A stretch of DNA of 50,341 nucleotides, from positions 1 to 50,341 of the forward strand of contig JAHEAM010000001.1 of assembly GCA_024642765.1 (NCBI GenBank), given 5' to 3'. The position numbers were made by a program, and so were the translations under genes. The stretch comes from Planctomycetaceae bacterium. GTDB taxonomy: Bacteria > Planctomycetota > Planctomycetia > Pirellulales > Pirellulaceae. Positions 16,830-25,105 of this stretch are shown here, one piece after another (the first letter of the stretch is position 1; every line of letters starts with the position of its first letter). The notes beneath the pieces were generated by a model, which had not been told where the DNA came from, did no database searches, and saw nothing but the letters and a program-made list of their open reading frames with translations.

Positions 16830-19800
16830 TCAGATGTCGAATTGAAAATCATCCTCGACCATTTCAATTGACGCAAAAACAAGATCCAATTTTTGGTTGG
16901 TCTTATCGCTACGAATGGATGTTATAGTTGGCCCGTCTTTCGGCTCAATTATGGTTTCGATTCGAGTGGCGAGTTCCGAAACTTGTGCGTCCTGTCGATC
17001 GAAAGGAACTGCCGAGTCGAACGAAACGGAATCTAATTTTCGCGTCCAATTGTCAAGTCTTGAGCGGGTTATAGACGGGCGACTTTCGTATACCAGTGGC
17101 GAGTAAGTCCATGCGCCCACGGCCCTTGCAAGCCTTCCACCAAAATCCAATCCTCTGCCTTCAAACTTTGCACTGCTACTCTGAATCTGAATATTGGTCA
17201 GTTGGTTGGATAAGGCACTGCGAGCCCCAGTAACATCCCCCAAGTTTTGCACGACACCGTTCTTGTTCAGGTCGTAAGGGTTGGTTACGACGACAGCAGT
17301 AGCACTTAGATTAGATCGAATCGCGATGACATCGTTGAGATTCGTCACAAAAAACCGTAGATGCGGTTGAGCCGTTGCGTTGCCTGTTTGAAGCCCAGAA
17401 GTTTCCCCGTGAAGATGCCCTACATAGAACACATTATCTTCGAGGAGACCCGTATTGGCATTTGCATGGAGTGTCACACTCAACCAGCGGTTTTCGATTT
17501 GATTATCACCCCATTCCAAGCGAATACGTTTGCTGTTGCCTCCCAATGTCGAGATGTCAATTGCCGATGGAGCCGCCGATACGAGATCCCAATTTCCAGG
17601 TTGGTTGGGGCTCAGCGTCGCGTCAAAACCACCTTGCGGACTCCACCTGAATTCGAAATCAGAAGCGTTCAAACTATTCGACGCGAGAAAATCGACATCA
17701 AACACGAGACCATTGATGCCCCGAGTCGTGTTGATCAAATTGGAATAACCAAGTGTTTGAGGTGAATTGGTCTCTTTTGCCAAGACTTTGCTTGTATCCA
17801 ATGCTGCCTCGACGCCACCCGAAGAGTAACTTGAGCCTAGATAGTAAACGTATTGGTTGGTGATTGTGGCTACTGGCGAAATCGTAAAATTGACGTTATT
17901 GATATCAAAAAATACGTTGTTCGTTCCCTTGACCTTGATTCGAGCGAGGCCGGTCGAAACATTCGGAACAGTGATTTGTTGCGAGCCGTCGTTTGGTGTC
18001 GCACTGGCCAACAAAGTCGAAAAGGTATTGCCACCATCGGTTGAGAGCCAGATATCAACCAAAGATTGATTGATCGGGCTAGCTGTCGTTCCCGCAACAT
18101 TCCAACTGATGTTTTGTGTTGAACCACCTATCCAAGAACTCGCCGAGTTTTGACTCGTGACTTGAAACGGTGTTCCCGTGTTGACCACTTGCATTGACAT
18201 GTTGGCCCAGTTAACTCCGCCACCTCCAGACGAGTTATCACGAACCACAACACGGAAGTTCATGCTCGACCAGTTAGTCGTCGGTAATTTTTCTCCGGTC
18301 GGAACAGTATTGTCCAGCAGATTCGACAGACGGGGAAACACGCGAGTTGAATCGATGGATGGGGTATACGAACGAAACAATGGGCTGGCACCATTGTCGG
18401 CTGCAATCAGCGAAACTGACGAACCGAGATTACGCTGCTCCCAACTGTAAGTCAGCACATTGTTCGTATCAGCATCAGTACCTGTGGCCGTCAACTCAAA
18501 TGGAGTCCGAGCAGGTATTACAAATCCAGTTGCTGTCGAAACAGTTGGGACGTTGTTTCCGGTGGCAGTATTGACGCCAACACCAGCTGCAGTCCCCGTA
18601 ATGAGAGCTCGAATCTGGTCGATACTTCTGGAATGGAAAAACGGATCGCTAAACGATTGAACATTGTCAGCTCCACAGATTCCCGCATAGGCCATGATCG
18701 AAGTCCCGCTTCCCGGCTCGTAGGCAGACGAACTACTTCGATTGCCTCCGCAACTTCCTCCAGGGCCATTAAACGTGTGGGAGCCTCCGAACTGATGTCC
18801 CATTTCGTGAGCGACATAATCGACGTAGAACGGATCGCCAGTTGGCGATGACAGCCCAGTCACTCCCCGTGCTTTATTGCCTGTCAAACCAACGACACCC
18901 AGCCCAGCGATACCACCTCCGCCCGTGCTAAAGACATGTCCAATATCGTAATTAGCATTTCCGATTACCGAATCGATCGTCGCCTGATTTTGTCCCAACA
19001 TCGTCGAGCCACTACTATTGGTATAGGGATCGGTGGAAGCATTGGTGTAAACGAGGCTAGAATTATTAGCGACCAGGACCAATCGAATTGCCAAGTCATT
19101 TTCATAAATACCCGTTACTCGATTGACAGCTGTAACAATGGCTGCCTGTCCCTGCGCAACAGAACCACCCCAAAAGGCCGTATACTCTCCTGTTGCCGCA
19201 TTTGCCAATCGGAACGTACGCAGAGTTCCTCCGAAGTTATGCCGAATCGGAACGGAGTCTTCCTCAACACCCTTGAGTTCGACTTTGCCTTCACAAGCTA
19301 CGCAAACTCCGCAGCCACAACCGGCATCGCCGTCTTCCAGATTCACATCCGACCTAGAGTAACTGGAATAGAATTCGGTTTGGCCCTTGTAATAGGGATC
19401 GACATAATAGTTTCCGTCCGGAGAAAGAACCTGTGCGCGGAAACCATGGATAGTCACATCAAAACGAATCGTTGCTGCTGGATCGTCAATTCCGTTTCCT
19501 CGGTAGGTTTTAAAATCCGGGAATTGTGCAGCCAGCTCCGGTTCCATAATTGGTGATTCAACCACACGGAATTGGGCAAGCTTTCCATTTGGGTTAGGGA
19601 CCGTAATCGTTACCGCGTGGTCCTGATAACCTGGCGTAAATTCCAATGGAGCCTTTTGTAGGGTTTCAGAAATCGCGCCTTCGTTCAAATCATAGAGATT
19701 GATCTGCTTGAGACTAATCAACGGCTCGCCTTGATGCATTTCCAGAACGCTGGAATCCAACTTGGTCCACATTCCGTCCAACGAATTGGCTAGGGCAGCC

Positions 19801-19961
19801 AGCAACTGCCGTGGCTCTAAAATGGCATAGTCGTAAATAGGGCTTTTGATTCTTGGCTTGCAGTCATTCGAATGATGTGCGATTGGATGCGAATTTCTTT
19901 TCTTGTCAAACACGTGCAAACCTGAGGAAAGATTTTTTTCGATGAGAAACAGAGCGCTCAA
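16830..19961 (-). CDS. LEPR-XLL domain-containing metzincin (reprolysin/M12B-like) zinc metalloprotease with a long C-terminal beta-rich region
   Basis: YAILEPRQLLAAL near the N-terminus. HEMGHQFGGSH (HExxHxxGxxH) is encoded at ~18777-18812. Cys cluster GCGCGVCVACEG. Dockerin-like NPYDLNKNGVVQNLGD near the C-terminus. TTG start, uncertain. Confidence 0.85.
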   Translation of the reverse strand: MSALFLIEKNLSSGLHVFDKKRNSHPIAHHSNDCKPRIKSPIYDYAILEPRQLLAALANSLDGMWTKLDSSVLEMHQGEPLISLKQINLYDLNEGAISETLQKAPLEFTPGYQDHAVTITVPNPNGKLAQFRVVESPIMEPELAAQFPDFKTYRGNGIDDPAATIRFDVTIHGFRAQVLSPDGNYYVDPYYKGQTEFYSSYSRSDVNLEDGDAGCGCGVCVACEGKVELKGVEEDSVPIRHNFGGTLRTFRLANAATGEYTAFWGGSVAQGQAAIVTAVNRVTGIYENDLAIRLVLVANNSSLVYTNASTDPYTNSSGSTMLGQNQATIDSVIGNANYDIGHVFSTGGGGIAGLGVVGLTGNKARGVTGLSSPTGDPFYVDYVAHEMGHQFGGSHTFNGPGGSCGGNRSSSSAYEPGSGTSIMAYAGICGADNVQSFSDPFFHSRSIDQIRALITGTAAGVGVNTATGNNVPTVSTATGFVIPARTPFELTATGTDADTNNVLTYSWEQRNLGSSVSLIAADNGASPLFRSYTPSIDSTRVFPRLSNLLDNTVPTGEKLPTTNWSSMNFRVVVRDNSSGGGGVNWANMSMQVVNTGTPFQVTSQNSASSWIGGSTQNISWNVAGTTASPINQSLVDIWLSTDGGNTFSTLLASATPNDGSQQITVPNVSTGLARIKVKGTNNVFFDINNVNFTISPVATITNQYVYYLGSSYSSGGVEAALDTSKVLAKETNSPQTLGYSNLINTTRGINGLVFDVDFLASNSLNASDFEFRWSPQGGFDATLSPNQPGNWDLVSAAPSAIDISTLGGNSKRIRLEWGDNQIENRWLSVTLHANANTGLLEDNVFYVGHLHGETSGLQTGNATAQPHLRFFVTNLNDVIAIRSNLSATAVVVTNPYDLNKNGVVQNLGDVTGARSALSNQLTNIQIQSSSAKFEGRGLDFGGRLARAVGAWTYSPLVYESRPSITRSRLDNWTRKLDSVSFDSAVPFDRQDAQVSELATRIETIIEPKDGPTITSIRSDKTNQKLDLVFASIEMVEDDFQFDI

Positions 19962-20196
19962 GAGTTACGAACTTAAGAGGTCGCCCAGGGACGTAGCCCA
20001 TAGTTTAGTTCAAGTTTCTTGGCAAGGTAAAGCCACCGCATGTGCTCCCCGTTTTGCGCTACCACAATGCGTCAAACGTGGGGATTCGGGGTTTGGCGTG
20101 TTTCGGGCCACTAAGGTATCGCCCCGATCACGATTATCTGGCCCACAATATTTTTGGAATGGGTATCAATAATGAAGAAACCGTTTTCGCTCTTGA

Positions 20197-21537
20197 TCAG
20201 CCAATCGGTCGTCGACGATTTTCCGTTACTTTCCAAACCGCATAAACAGAGATCCCGATGACGATCGTGGCCAACAACCCGACCCATTTCCAAATATCTT
20301 GAGCAGCTCCCAGAACGGCTAGTCCAAGTGTCACGATTACAAATGCTCCAGCGACCAGAGTTCGCCATCGCTGTTCGCCTTCACCCGTCGATAACGGTTT
20401 TGAAAATAGCAATGCAGCGACCGTCAATGCACTGCATACAGATAACGTCAGTCCGAGGTAGTCGAGCAAACCTTTGAGCGTTGCGAACTGAATCAAAAGA
20501 CACGTCAGTATTGCTTGTAGGAAAATCGAGAAACTGGGGGCAGCCGAACGACTTGGGTCGAACGAGAAGACCTTGGGAAAGACGCCTTCGTTCGCCATCT
20601 TCGCATACACACGCGGACCCACTAACAATAGCGACGATACCGAGCTGAGCATCGCCAGACAGACGACCATCCGTACCAGATATTCGAGCAGCCCCGGACT
20701 CAGGCTTCGGGCTGCCAGGGCCGCGATGTCATTTTTAGAATCCAATATCACGTTGGCTGGCGTTGCATACAAAAAAATGAAGTTCATCAACAGATAAATG
20801 CCCGTCACGAGCAGGGTACCGATGATCATTGCTCGCGGGACATTCACGCGAGCATTATTTACTTCTTCTGACATGTAAATCGACGCGTTATAACCTGTGT
20901 ACGCCAACGAAATCCAAACCAATGTCGATGCAAAAACACCAATCGAAAACGGAACTGGTTGTGCCTTGTCGCCAAAACTCCAACGACCCTCCGAACTCGC
21001 AACGCCCGGGAAATGCCAAATCGCAAACAAAACGAAAATCGCGAGCCCAATGATTTTCAAAGCAACAATGATATTTTGTGTGATCAACCCCGTAGTGCGT
21101 ACCAGCGCATGCAGAATGGCAAACCCCAGCACTACGACCATTGACAACAACGGCGAGGCCCAATCGGGGGCATCCCCATCGCCTAGGGCATAAACGGAAA
21201 ATGTCACGGCAGCGTAGGCCGTGGCACCCGAGAAACCTGCAAATAACGAAACCCAACCAGCCATGAATCCAGCAACCGGATGTACCATGCGACTTAGATA
21301 AAGGTATTCACCACCCGATTCCGTAATCCGTCTTGCAAGTTGTCCATAACTAATAGCTCCCATCAGGGCGATAACGCCACCCAAAAACCAAGCCAGCATG
21401 ACCAGCGGTTTGTTGCCCAGATCTCGAAGCGTAAACGCACTGGTCGTGAACAGTGACGCCCCGATCATGTTGGCGATCGTCAGATTGACAATCGAGTAGA
21501 GTCCGACCTTCGGTTTCGTTTGTTCCGAGTCGGCCAT
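20197..21537 (-). CDS. APC superfamily amino acid permease
   Basis: About 12 predicted TM helices. N-terminal IVNLTIANMIGASLFTTS and GGEYLYLSR are typical of APC transporters. Confidence 0.85.
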   Translation of the reverse strand: MADSEQTKPKVGLYSIVNLTIANMIGASLFTTSAFTLRDLGNKPLVMLAWFLGGVIALMGAISYGQLARRITESGGEYLYLSRMVHPVAGFMAGWVSLFAGFSGATAYAAVTFSVYALGDGDAPDWASPLLSMVVVLGFAILHALVRTTGLITQNIIVALKIIGLAIFVLFAIWHFPGVASSEGRWSFGDKAQPVPFSIGVFASTLVWISLAYTGYNASIYMSEEVNNARVNVPRAMIIGTLLVTGIYLLMNFIFLYATPANVILDSKNDIAALAARSLSPGLLEYLVRMVVCLAMLSSVSSLLLVGPRVYAKMANEGVFPKVFSFDPSRSAAPSFSIFLQAILTCLLIQFATLKGLLDYLGLTLSVCSALTVAALLFSKPLSTGEGEQRWRTLVAGAFVIVTLGLAVLGAAQDIWKWVGLLATIVIGISVYAVWKVTENRRRPIG

Positions 21538-21569
21538 AAGAATCCTGAACCTGCAGAGATGGGAAATTA

Positions 21570-21890
21570 TTACAAAGCGCGTTTTTGATTTGGCACGACG
21601 TCGTTGCCAAACAAGTGAGCCAGATCGTCATCTTCTGTCGACCAGACAACGACTCCCAGCACCAAAAACGCGAGCCCCAGCGAAACCCACAACGGATGTA
21701 CCGATTCTCGACATTCCGTTTCGTCTTGAATAGTCCAGTCCCGCGAATCTTGCCAACCAAATTGAGTTCTTCGGTAGGGATTTTCGAAAGTGTCGAGCGA
21801 CGCGTTTTGAGTTTGAAAACTTGTTTGAAACGCAACGCCAAAAATCACAGCCAGCGAAAAAACGGCTGCGTACAACATTTTTCCAGACAT
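21570..21890 (-). CDS. Small membrane protein, unknown function
   Basis: ATG start and two hydrophobic helices (LYAAVFSLAVIFGVAF; LWVSLGLAFLVLGVVVW). It lies 32 nt upstream of the permease on the same strand. Confidence 0.55.
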   Translation of the reverse strand: MSGKMLYAAVFSLAVIFGVAFQTSFQTQNASLDTFENPYRRTQFGWQDSRDWTIQDETECRESVHPLWVSLGLAFLVLGVVVWSTEDDDLAHLFGNDVVPNQKRAL

Positions 21891-22227
21891 GATGAACTTT
21901 CCCTATTGGAACTGAGTCTAATCCGAAGTGGTGACGACGGCGAAATATTGCAAACAAAATACCACCGCAAAAAACAAAGGTTTTCTCGCATTTTTGTGGT
22001 GAAATCGCAACACGCCGTTGGCCGGGCGTTGACAAAAGACAACACATGTTGACCATTGAGACGAATTAAACTACCTAACCCTGAAAGTACCAGTGCGGCG
22101 CCCGGTTAGCATTAAACCGATTTTTTGTCATTGTTTTGCCGAAATGAACACGACGACAAATTGATTTTTCGGCCAACAATTCGGGCGCGAGTTAGAATTG
22201 TAAGTTGAAACAAGTTCCCAAACCTTT

Positions 22228-22800
22228 GTGATTCCCATGTTGAACCAAGATCGCATCCGACGCAAACAACTCATCCGAGAGGCCGAAGGCTATCTCGACT
22301 TGATGAGCGTGTTTGACGATCGTTGGCACTTGGATCCAGTTCATATCGAAACACTTGCGAATCGAGTCATCGAATGCCTCGACCAAATCGAACGTCCTCA
22401 AAGCTTCGAAGCCCACGTTCTGTTTCTGAAGGGTCAAGCTCATCGGGCGGCCGGTCGCTTCGACGAAGCCGCCAAAAACCTGGATGCTTCCAAATCTCTT
22501 GAGCCTGAAAACCTGCATACGTTGTTGGCTTTAGCCTGGTGTTATAAGCGCCTTGATCGCATTGAAAAATCCATCGATGTGATGCGTGAAGCCCTTCTGG
22601 TCGAAAACGAAAGTGCCATCGCGCATTATAATTTGGCGTGCTATTTGGCATTGGAATTGGCTACCAAAGAATCCTGCCATCACCTGGCGATCGCACTCGA
22701 AATCGATCCGAAGTATCGCGAACTGGTAGCATCGGAAAACGACTTCGATACCATTCGCAACACGCCGGAATTTCACGCCGCGCTTTCGATCAACGTTTAA
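22228..22800 (+). CDS. TPR-like repeat protein
   Basis: Helical repeats with TPR signatures (LFLKGQAHRAAGRFDEAAKNLDASKSLEPEN; LALAWCYKRLDRIEKSIDVMREAL; HYNLACYLA). GTG at 22228 or ATG at 22237. Confidence 0.65.
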   Translation: MIPMLNQDRIRRKQLIREAEGYLDLMSVFDDRWHLDPVHIETLANRVIECLDQIERPQSFEAHVLFLKGQAHRAAGRFDEAAKNLDASKSLEPENLHTLLALAWCYKRLDRIEKSIDVMREALLVENESAIAHYNLACYLALELATKESCHHLAIALEIDPKYRELVASENDFDTIRNTPEFHAALSINV

Positions 22801-22820
22801 AGTTGCAGCTGGATTCAACT

Positions 22821-23777
22821 GTGGCTGATCTCACTTACGAATTGCCAATCGAATTTCTCGAACGCATGGAAGTAATCGTTCCAGAATCGCAATGGGAGCC
22901 ATTTCTTGCCAGTTTCGATCTGCCGCGCCGCGTTGCGTTTCGCCTTAACCCACTTCAGGGCTTGTGTGAATTGCCGAATCTGAACTGCGAACCCGTCAGC
23001 TGGTCGCCCGTTTCGTTTTCAGTCGCGCAATCCGATCGAGAACGCCTAACGCTCCTTCCTGAGACCACCACCGGGCAACTCTATCTACAGAGCCTTTCGA
23101 GTCAACTCGCTGCCATCGTTCTCGATCCGAATCCAAATGAACAGGTTCTCGATTTGGCAGCGGCTCCCGGTGGCAAGGCCGCGCACCTTGCCGCTTTAAT
23201 GCAAAACCAAGGGCTGCTGTCCTGCGTGGAACCCGTGCGAAACCGCTTTTTTCGACTCCAGGCCAACTTGCGGCAACAAGGTGTGAAAATCGCCAAGTTC
23301 TACATGACCGATGGCCGAACCGTTGGAAAAAAGGTCGGTGAACGATTTCATCGTGTCATGCTCGATGCACCTTGTAGTGGCGAAGCGCGCTTTACGAAAC
23401 GGGACGCAACCTCGTTCGCGACTTGGAGTCCGCGGAAAATTCGAGAGACCAGTCGCAAGCAAATAGGTTTGATCAAAAGCGCTTTCGAATCGCTACAGCC
23501 AGGTGGCCATTTACTGTACTCAACATGCAGCTTCGCACCGGAGGAGAATGAAGGCGTCGTTCAAAAACTACTCGAAATGTTTGGCACACGAGTGCAGGTA
23601 TTGCCGCTTTCGATCGATGGTCGAACACTCGCTGAGCATAACGTTCCGGTTCAATCTGGCTTAACCGAATTCAACAAAAAAAAGTTCTCGCCAGAAATCG
23701 CATTGACACAGCGAATCCTACCCAATCAGGTCTATGACGGGTTTTATTTAGCCCTCCTGCAAAAATACAATGCATAG
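22821..23777 (+). CDS. RsmB/RsmF/NOP2-family SAM-dependent RNA (cytosine-C5) methyltransferase
   Basis: DLAAAPGGKAAHLA (SAM motif I), DAPCSGEA (motif IV) and YSTCSF (motif VI, catalytic Cys). A GTG start at 22821 avoids the 163-nt overlap implied by track start 22638. Confidence 0.85.
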   Translation: MADLTYELPIEFLERMEVIVPESQWEPFLASFDLPRRVAFRLNPLQGLCELPNLNCEPVSWSPVSFSVAQSDRERLTLLPETTTGQLYLQSLSSQLAAIVLDPNPNEQVLDLAAAPGGKAAHLAALMQNQGLLSCVEPVRNRFFRLQANLRQQGVKIAKFYMTDGRTVGKKVGERFHRVMLDAPCSGEARFTKRDATSFATWSPRKIRETSRKQIGLIKSAFESLQPGGHLLYSTCSFAPEENEGVVQKLLEMFGTRVQVLPLSIDGRTLAEHNVPVQSGLTEFNKKKFSPEIALTQRILPNQVYDGFYLALLQKYNA

Positions 23778-23787
23778 CTAATTTTGA

Positions 23788-24996
23788 TTAGGCTAATCCG
23801 TTATAACGGCCAATCCTTTCGAGTTGTTCCAGGAGTTCATTCGGTGATTGAAATCGTTGATTCGGGTCCTTTTCCAACATGCGATTCAAAACATGATCTT
23901 GAAAATGCTCGTTGATCGAAAGTTGAAAATCGCGTGGCGCTTTAGGTTCGGTGTTCCTAATATTCTCAATCAACTGAGCTAGGTTTTCACCTTTAACAGG
24001 CGGTTGTCCCGTCAAGAGCGCGTAGCAGGTCGCGCCCAATCCGTAGATGTCAGAACGCACGTCAATCACGCCATCAGGATAAGTGCGCTCAGGTGCCATA
24101 TATTTGAGGTCACCCATCAATTGCCCAGGTTGTGTGATTTGAACGGCATATTCGCCTTCGAGGGCTTTCGCCAACATCAAATCGCCAAGCAGACTTTGCT
24201 CAGTTTTAGACCGCCGCAAAATATTGGTCGGAGTTACATTTCGATGCACAATCTTGTGCTCTTGGGCAGTCGTCAATGCCATCGCAATGTCAGCGGCGAT
24301 CTTCCAAACCTTGCGCCAATCCAGCATGCCCTCAATTCCGGTGCGGTCGATCAGTTGTGCGAGGTTTTCACCTTCGATAAATTCCATCGCTGTCCAGCAA
24401 TACGGTCCGGTAATTCCAGCGTTGTAAATGCGCACGATATTGTCGCAGCGAATTGGAATCATCGTCTTCATGGCCCTCACGAAGCGTTCTCGTTGTTGAG
24501 GAAGTCGCGTGTGTTGTAGCCCTAAGACTTTGACCGCCGCATCACGTTGCTTTTCTTCGTCATGGGCTTTGAAGACGACCCCTGAGTTTCCACTGCCGAC
24601 GACCTTGTCCAATCGATACGAATTGATTTTGCTGCCAACCAGTTCTTCCAATGGTTTGACGGTAGGTTCAACTCCGCCAGCCATCGTCGTTTTTTTGGCG
24701 GAGTCTTTCTGTGACAGGAGCAGGACAGAGTCGCCTATTTCAATCTTGGCACCAATAGCTACTTGCGCGACATCAATGGACTGTCCGTTAATCTTTGTAC
24801 CACTTGAGCTACCCAAATCACGAACAGTAACCACGGCACCGTGTCGACTTATTTCACAATGAACTCGGGAGACAGATGGATCGTTCAGTCGATAATCGCT
24901 TTGGTCGCCGCGCCCAATTTTGATCGACTGAGAATTTTCGAGAACAATTTCCAGGCCTTGGTCGGGGCCTTGAATCACAACTATTGACAAAAGCAT
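23788..24996 (-). CDS. FHA domain protein fused to a degenerate Ser/Thr kinase-like (predicted pseudokinase) domain
   Basis: The N-terminal FHA domain shows IGRG...DPSVSRVHCEI...VRDLGSSSGTKINGQ. The kinase-like part keeps GSGNSGVVF, AVKVL and MAPE. Its catalytic loop is HRNVTPTN (24223-24246) instead of HRDxKxxN, and DFG is replaced by GDLML. Confidence 0.85.
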   Translation of the reverse strand: MLLSIVVIQGPDQGLEIVLENSQSIKIGRGDQSDYRLNDPSVSRVHCEISRHGAVVTVRDLGSSSGTKINGQSIDVAQVAIGAKIEIGDSVLLLSQKDSAKKTTMAGGVEPTVKPLEELVGSKINSYRLDKVVGSGNSGVVFKAHDEEKQRDAAVKVLGLQHTRLPQQRERFVRAMKTMIPIRCDNIVRIYNAGITGPYCWTAMEFIEGENLAQLIDRTGIEGMLDWRKVWKIAADIAMALTTAQEHKIVHRNVTPTNILRRSKTEQSLLGDLMLAKALEGEYAVQITQPGQLMGDLKYMAPERTYPDGVIDVRSDIYGLGATCYALLTGQPPVKGENLAQLIENIRNTEPKAPRDFQLSINEHFQDHVLNRMLEKDPNQRFQSPNELLEQLERIGRYNGLA

Positions 24997-25078
24997 TGCC
25001 TAACATCCTCAATGAATTTGGGTCATGAAATATATAAATTCAGGCATTATTATTGGAATTGTCGCAGTCGATCACAAT

Positions 25079-25102
25079 GAACTAGAATAACAACTCTAGT
25101 TC
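25079..25102. promoter_or_regulatory. Perfect 8-bp inverted repeat abutting the kinase start codon
   Basis: GAACTAGA-ataacaac-TCTAGTTC ends 3 nt before TTG 25106, inside an AT-rich 109-bp divergent intergenic region. Confidence 0.35.
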
Positions 25103-25105
25103 AGT

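Noticed and set aside
21591-21608. TGGCACgacgtcgTTGCC resembling a sigma-54 -24/-12 promoter
   Set aside because: The GG-to-GC spacing is two nucleotides too long (14 instead of 12). It lies inside the 3' end of the minus-strand ORF 21570..21890 and points at no plus-strand gene.
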